From: Octopus sinensis
Lineage: Eukaryota
Assembly (NCBI RefSeq): GCF_006345805.1
Contig: NC_042997.1
Location: forward strand, 41,664,001 to 41,728,000
Direction of reading: 5' to 3'
Length of the DNA stretch: 64,000 nucleotides
Shown: piece after piece, positions 61,825 to 64,000 of the stretch
Layout of the letters: each line of letters opens with the position of its first letter
Position numbering within the stretch: the first letter of the stretch is position 1
Made by a program: the position numbers and the translations under genes
Notes under the pieces: model-generated
Database searches by the model: none
Seen by the model: the letters and a program-made list of their open reading frames with translations, nothing else
Told to the model about the DNA's origin: nothing

Positions 61825-61987
61825 TTATATTTAAAAAAAAAAAATACAAATTTCCACACGAAAGCACGTAACTTCAAACGTGTCTTCTCTGATGTGAATT
61901 TGCTACCCAGGTATCGGTTAACCGAATTATCCATAACAAGATAATTCATTCAACTACTCATATATATATATATATATATATATATTC

Positions 61988-62094
61988 CAGAACAGATTGG
62001 AGCCTGGTGCAGCCTCTGGCTCACCACTCCTCAGTCAAGCCGTCCAACCTATACGAGTATGGAAAGCAGACGTAAAACGATGATGATGATGATA
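61988..62094 (+). mobile_element. RTE-type 3' tail fragment
   Basis: GATTGGAGCCTGGTGCAGCC...GGAAAGCAGACGTAAAAC(GAT)n, as at 58800-58897. Confidence 0.75.
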
Positions 62095-62118
62095 TATATA
62101 TAAGACATATATGTATAA

Positions 62119-62228
<110 letters not shown>

Positions 62229-64000
62229 TGTGTGTGTATATTAGAGGCAAAAGGACAACAAAATCCAAGGCAGGGCAGGCATCTCAATTCATTTAGAATA
62301 TTTAACTAGGGTAAGGTAAATTGGAACTCTTACATCTGTTTCTGGGTTATCCCAAGTGATAGGCTAGCATGTCCATACACTGGGTATTCCATCATCATAG
62401 ACAAGGCGAGCATATATGAAAGTTATAGACAGGGAAAAAAAGAGTACCCAGTGTATGGCCATGCTAGCCTATCACTTGGGATATCCCTAGTTCCAGTCTC
62501 AAATGTGAACTTGTAACCTAAAGGATGACCAATTATCACACTTACACACACGTCTCAAATCTACACCGTCAGCCATTTGTGCTACTCTCAAATATTTATC
62601 TCTCCCCTATCATTCCTCTAACATCATCTTCATATTACCCATGCCCCTACTGCCAGACCACTATTACCCCTACTTCTTTTCTTCCATCTCTCAATCACAC
62701 ACTCTTCCTTTTGCTCTACTCTCTCTTATTGCTGTGACAAACATTAGCAGTAAATCTCTTCTCTTCACCATTCTATCAATGAAACTAAAGATGCTACTGG
62801 ACCTAACCCACCTTTTTCATATAATTGTTATGCTGGATCCCTCACCCATCCCAAGGTATACACGTAAGGGACCTTTTTCTGTTTGGTTTTGACATCAGTC
62901 AGTCTCATGAATTCTCCACTTCTTTCTACGCATCATCCGCCCACGCCCTCTCTTATCCTCTCAACACAATCTCTCTGTGTTCTGCCATCAAACACACTTG
63001 CTAACCAACTCAGTTCTTCATTGCTCTTCTCTTCAGTCCCTCAACTCCATAACCCTGAGTGAATGAACAAATCATAGAATGGTGAAGACTTTCTAATCTT
63101 ACAGTGTACAGGGTGACTCCACTTCTGTAGGTACCCGTGTAACTCCACCCAGAACACACTGTAAAATGACCTATGAGTGAATGAAGACCAGATATTGAGG
63201 GGAACCTTTAGTTTTATCAAGGACATGGCAATCGTATCTAGTGATGGTGCCATGGTAATGTTCACCCAGTACACTCTGTACAGTGGTTGGTGTCAGGAAG
63301 AGCATCCAGCTGTAGAAAGAAAACCAGAAAATGTAACTTCAACAAAGATATTCTTTGAGTCATCCAACCCATTCCAGCATGGAAAGTGGGGGTAAAATGA
63401 TGTTGATCATACATACGTACGTATGGATGTAGCAATACACATGAGTGCATCTTTTGTGTATATATTATACACATTCATTCATATACATGTATGTGTATAT
63501 AAATAAATATACAATTAGATTAAAGTCGAATATAATTATTAATGAGAGTTTTCGTAGGATTTTCTTCCTAGAAGTAAATCAAGTCGAATGGCACAAGTGA
63601 AACATAAATTGCAATTTAATTTCGAGTTGAAATATTTGTAATTATCTGCTTTTCTTTGTCAACAACAAAAGCATTTACTTATAGTTTCTTTAAAAAATAT
63701 GTTGTTGTTTAGTCCATGTAGATTCAGAGAGGAGACACCTTGAAGAAGATCATTTGTAGCTTTCATCCCTCCTGGGATCAATTATTTTTTTTCTAGGCCA
63801 AGGAGGAAGTGGAGGATTATTATGATGATGATAGTAACAAGAATATCATTAAACACCCCACCAATATTTCCTAATCAACACCACTAAACCCTCAATACTT
63901 CATAAGAAACTACATCAAGTTAGATCCCTTCTAACACCAAGCAAAACTTACTTCACCAACCAAACCCTTTTTTCATACTAACACATCTTTCTCATTGCTA

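Noticed and set aside
62640-62900. Possible LINE RT-start remnant (LSMKLKDATGP-like)
   Set aside because: Too degenerate to assign without a search.

Overview
AT-rich, microsatellite-dense eukaryotic DNA. The SINE, RTE and Helitron families look like those of octopus/coleoid cephalopods (inference from recognition, not a database search). Only one host-gene piece is supported: a minus-strand signal-peptide exon at 300-601. The rest is mobile DNA: two Tc1 (DD34E) elements, a mariner with an internal 9 x 140 bp array, a maT/rosa-like fragment, L1/Tx1-like LINEs abutting (TATC)n, RTE fragments, three Penelope-like elements (PLEs), non-autonomous Helitrons, tRNA-derived SINEs, a probable solo LTR and two minisatellites. 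The main hidden signal is a dense set of minimal type I hammerhead ribozyme (HHR) motifs, found by eye: 8 distinct sequences in 13 copies plus 3 remnants. Most lie in short fold-back insertions next to (TA)n, and these share the layout of the larger Penelope at 52260-54943. Several cores are non-canonical (U3-A8, G3-C8, and U4C twice). Catalytic activity is not demonstrated. Nearly all ORFs in the supplied track are microsatellite or antisense artefacts.
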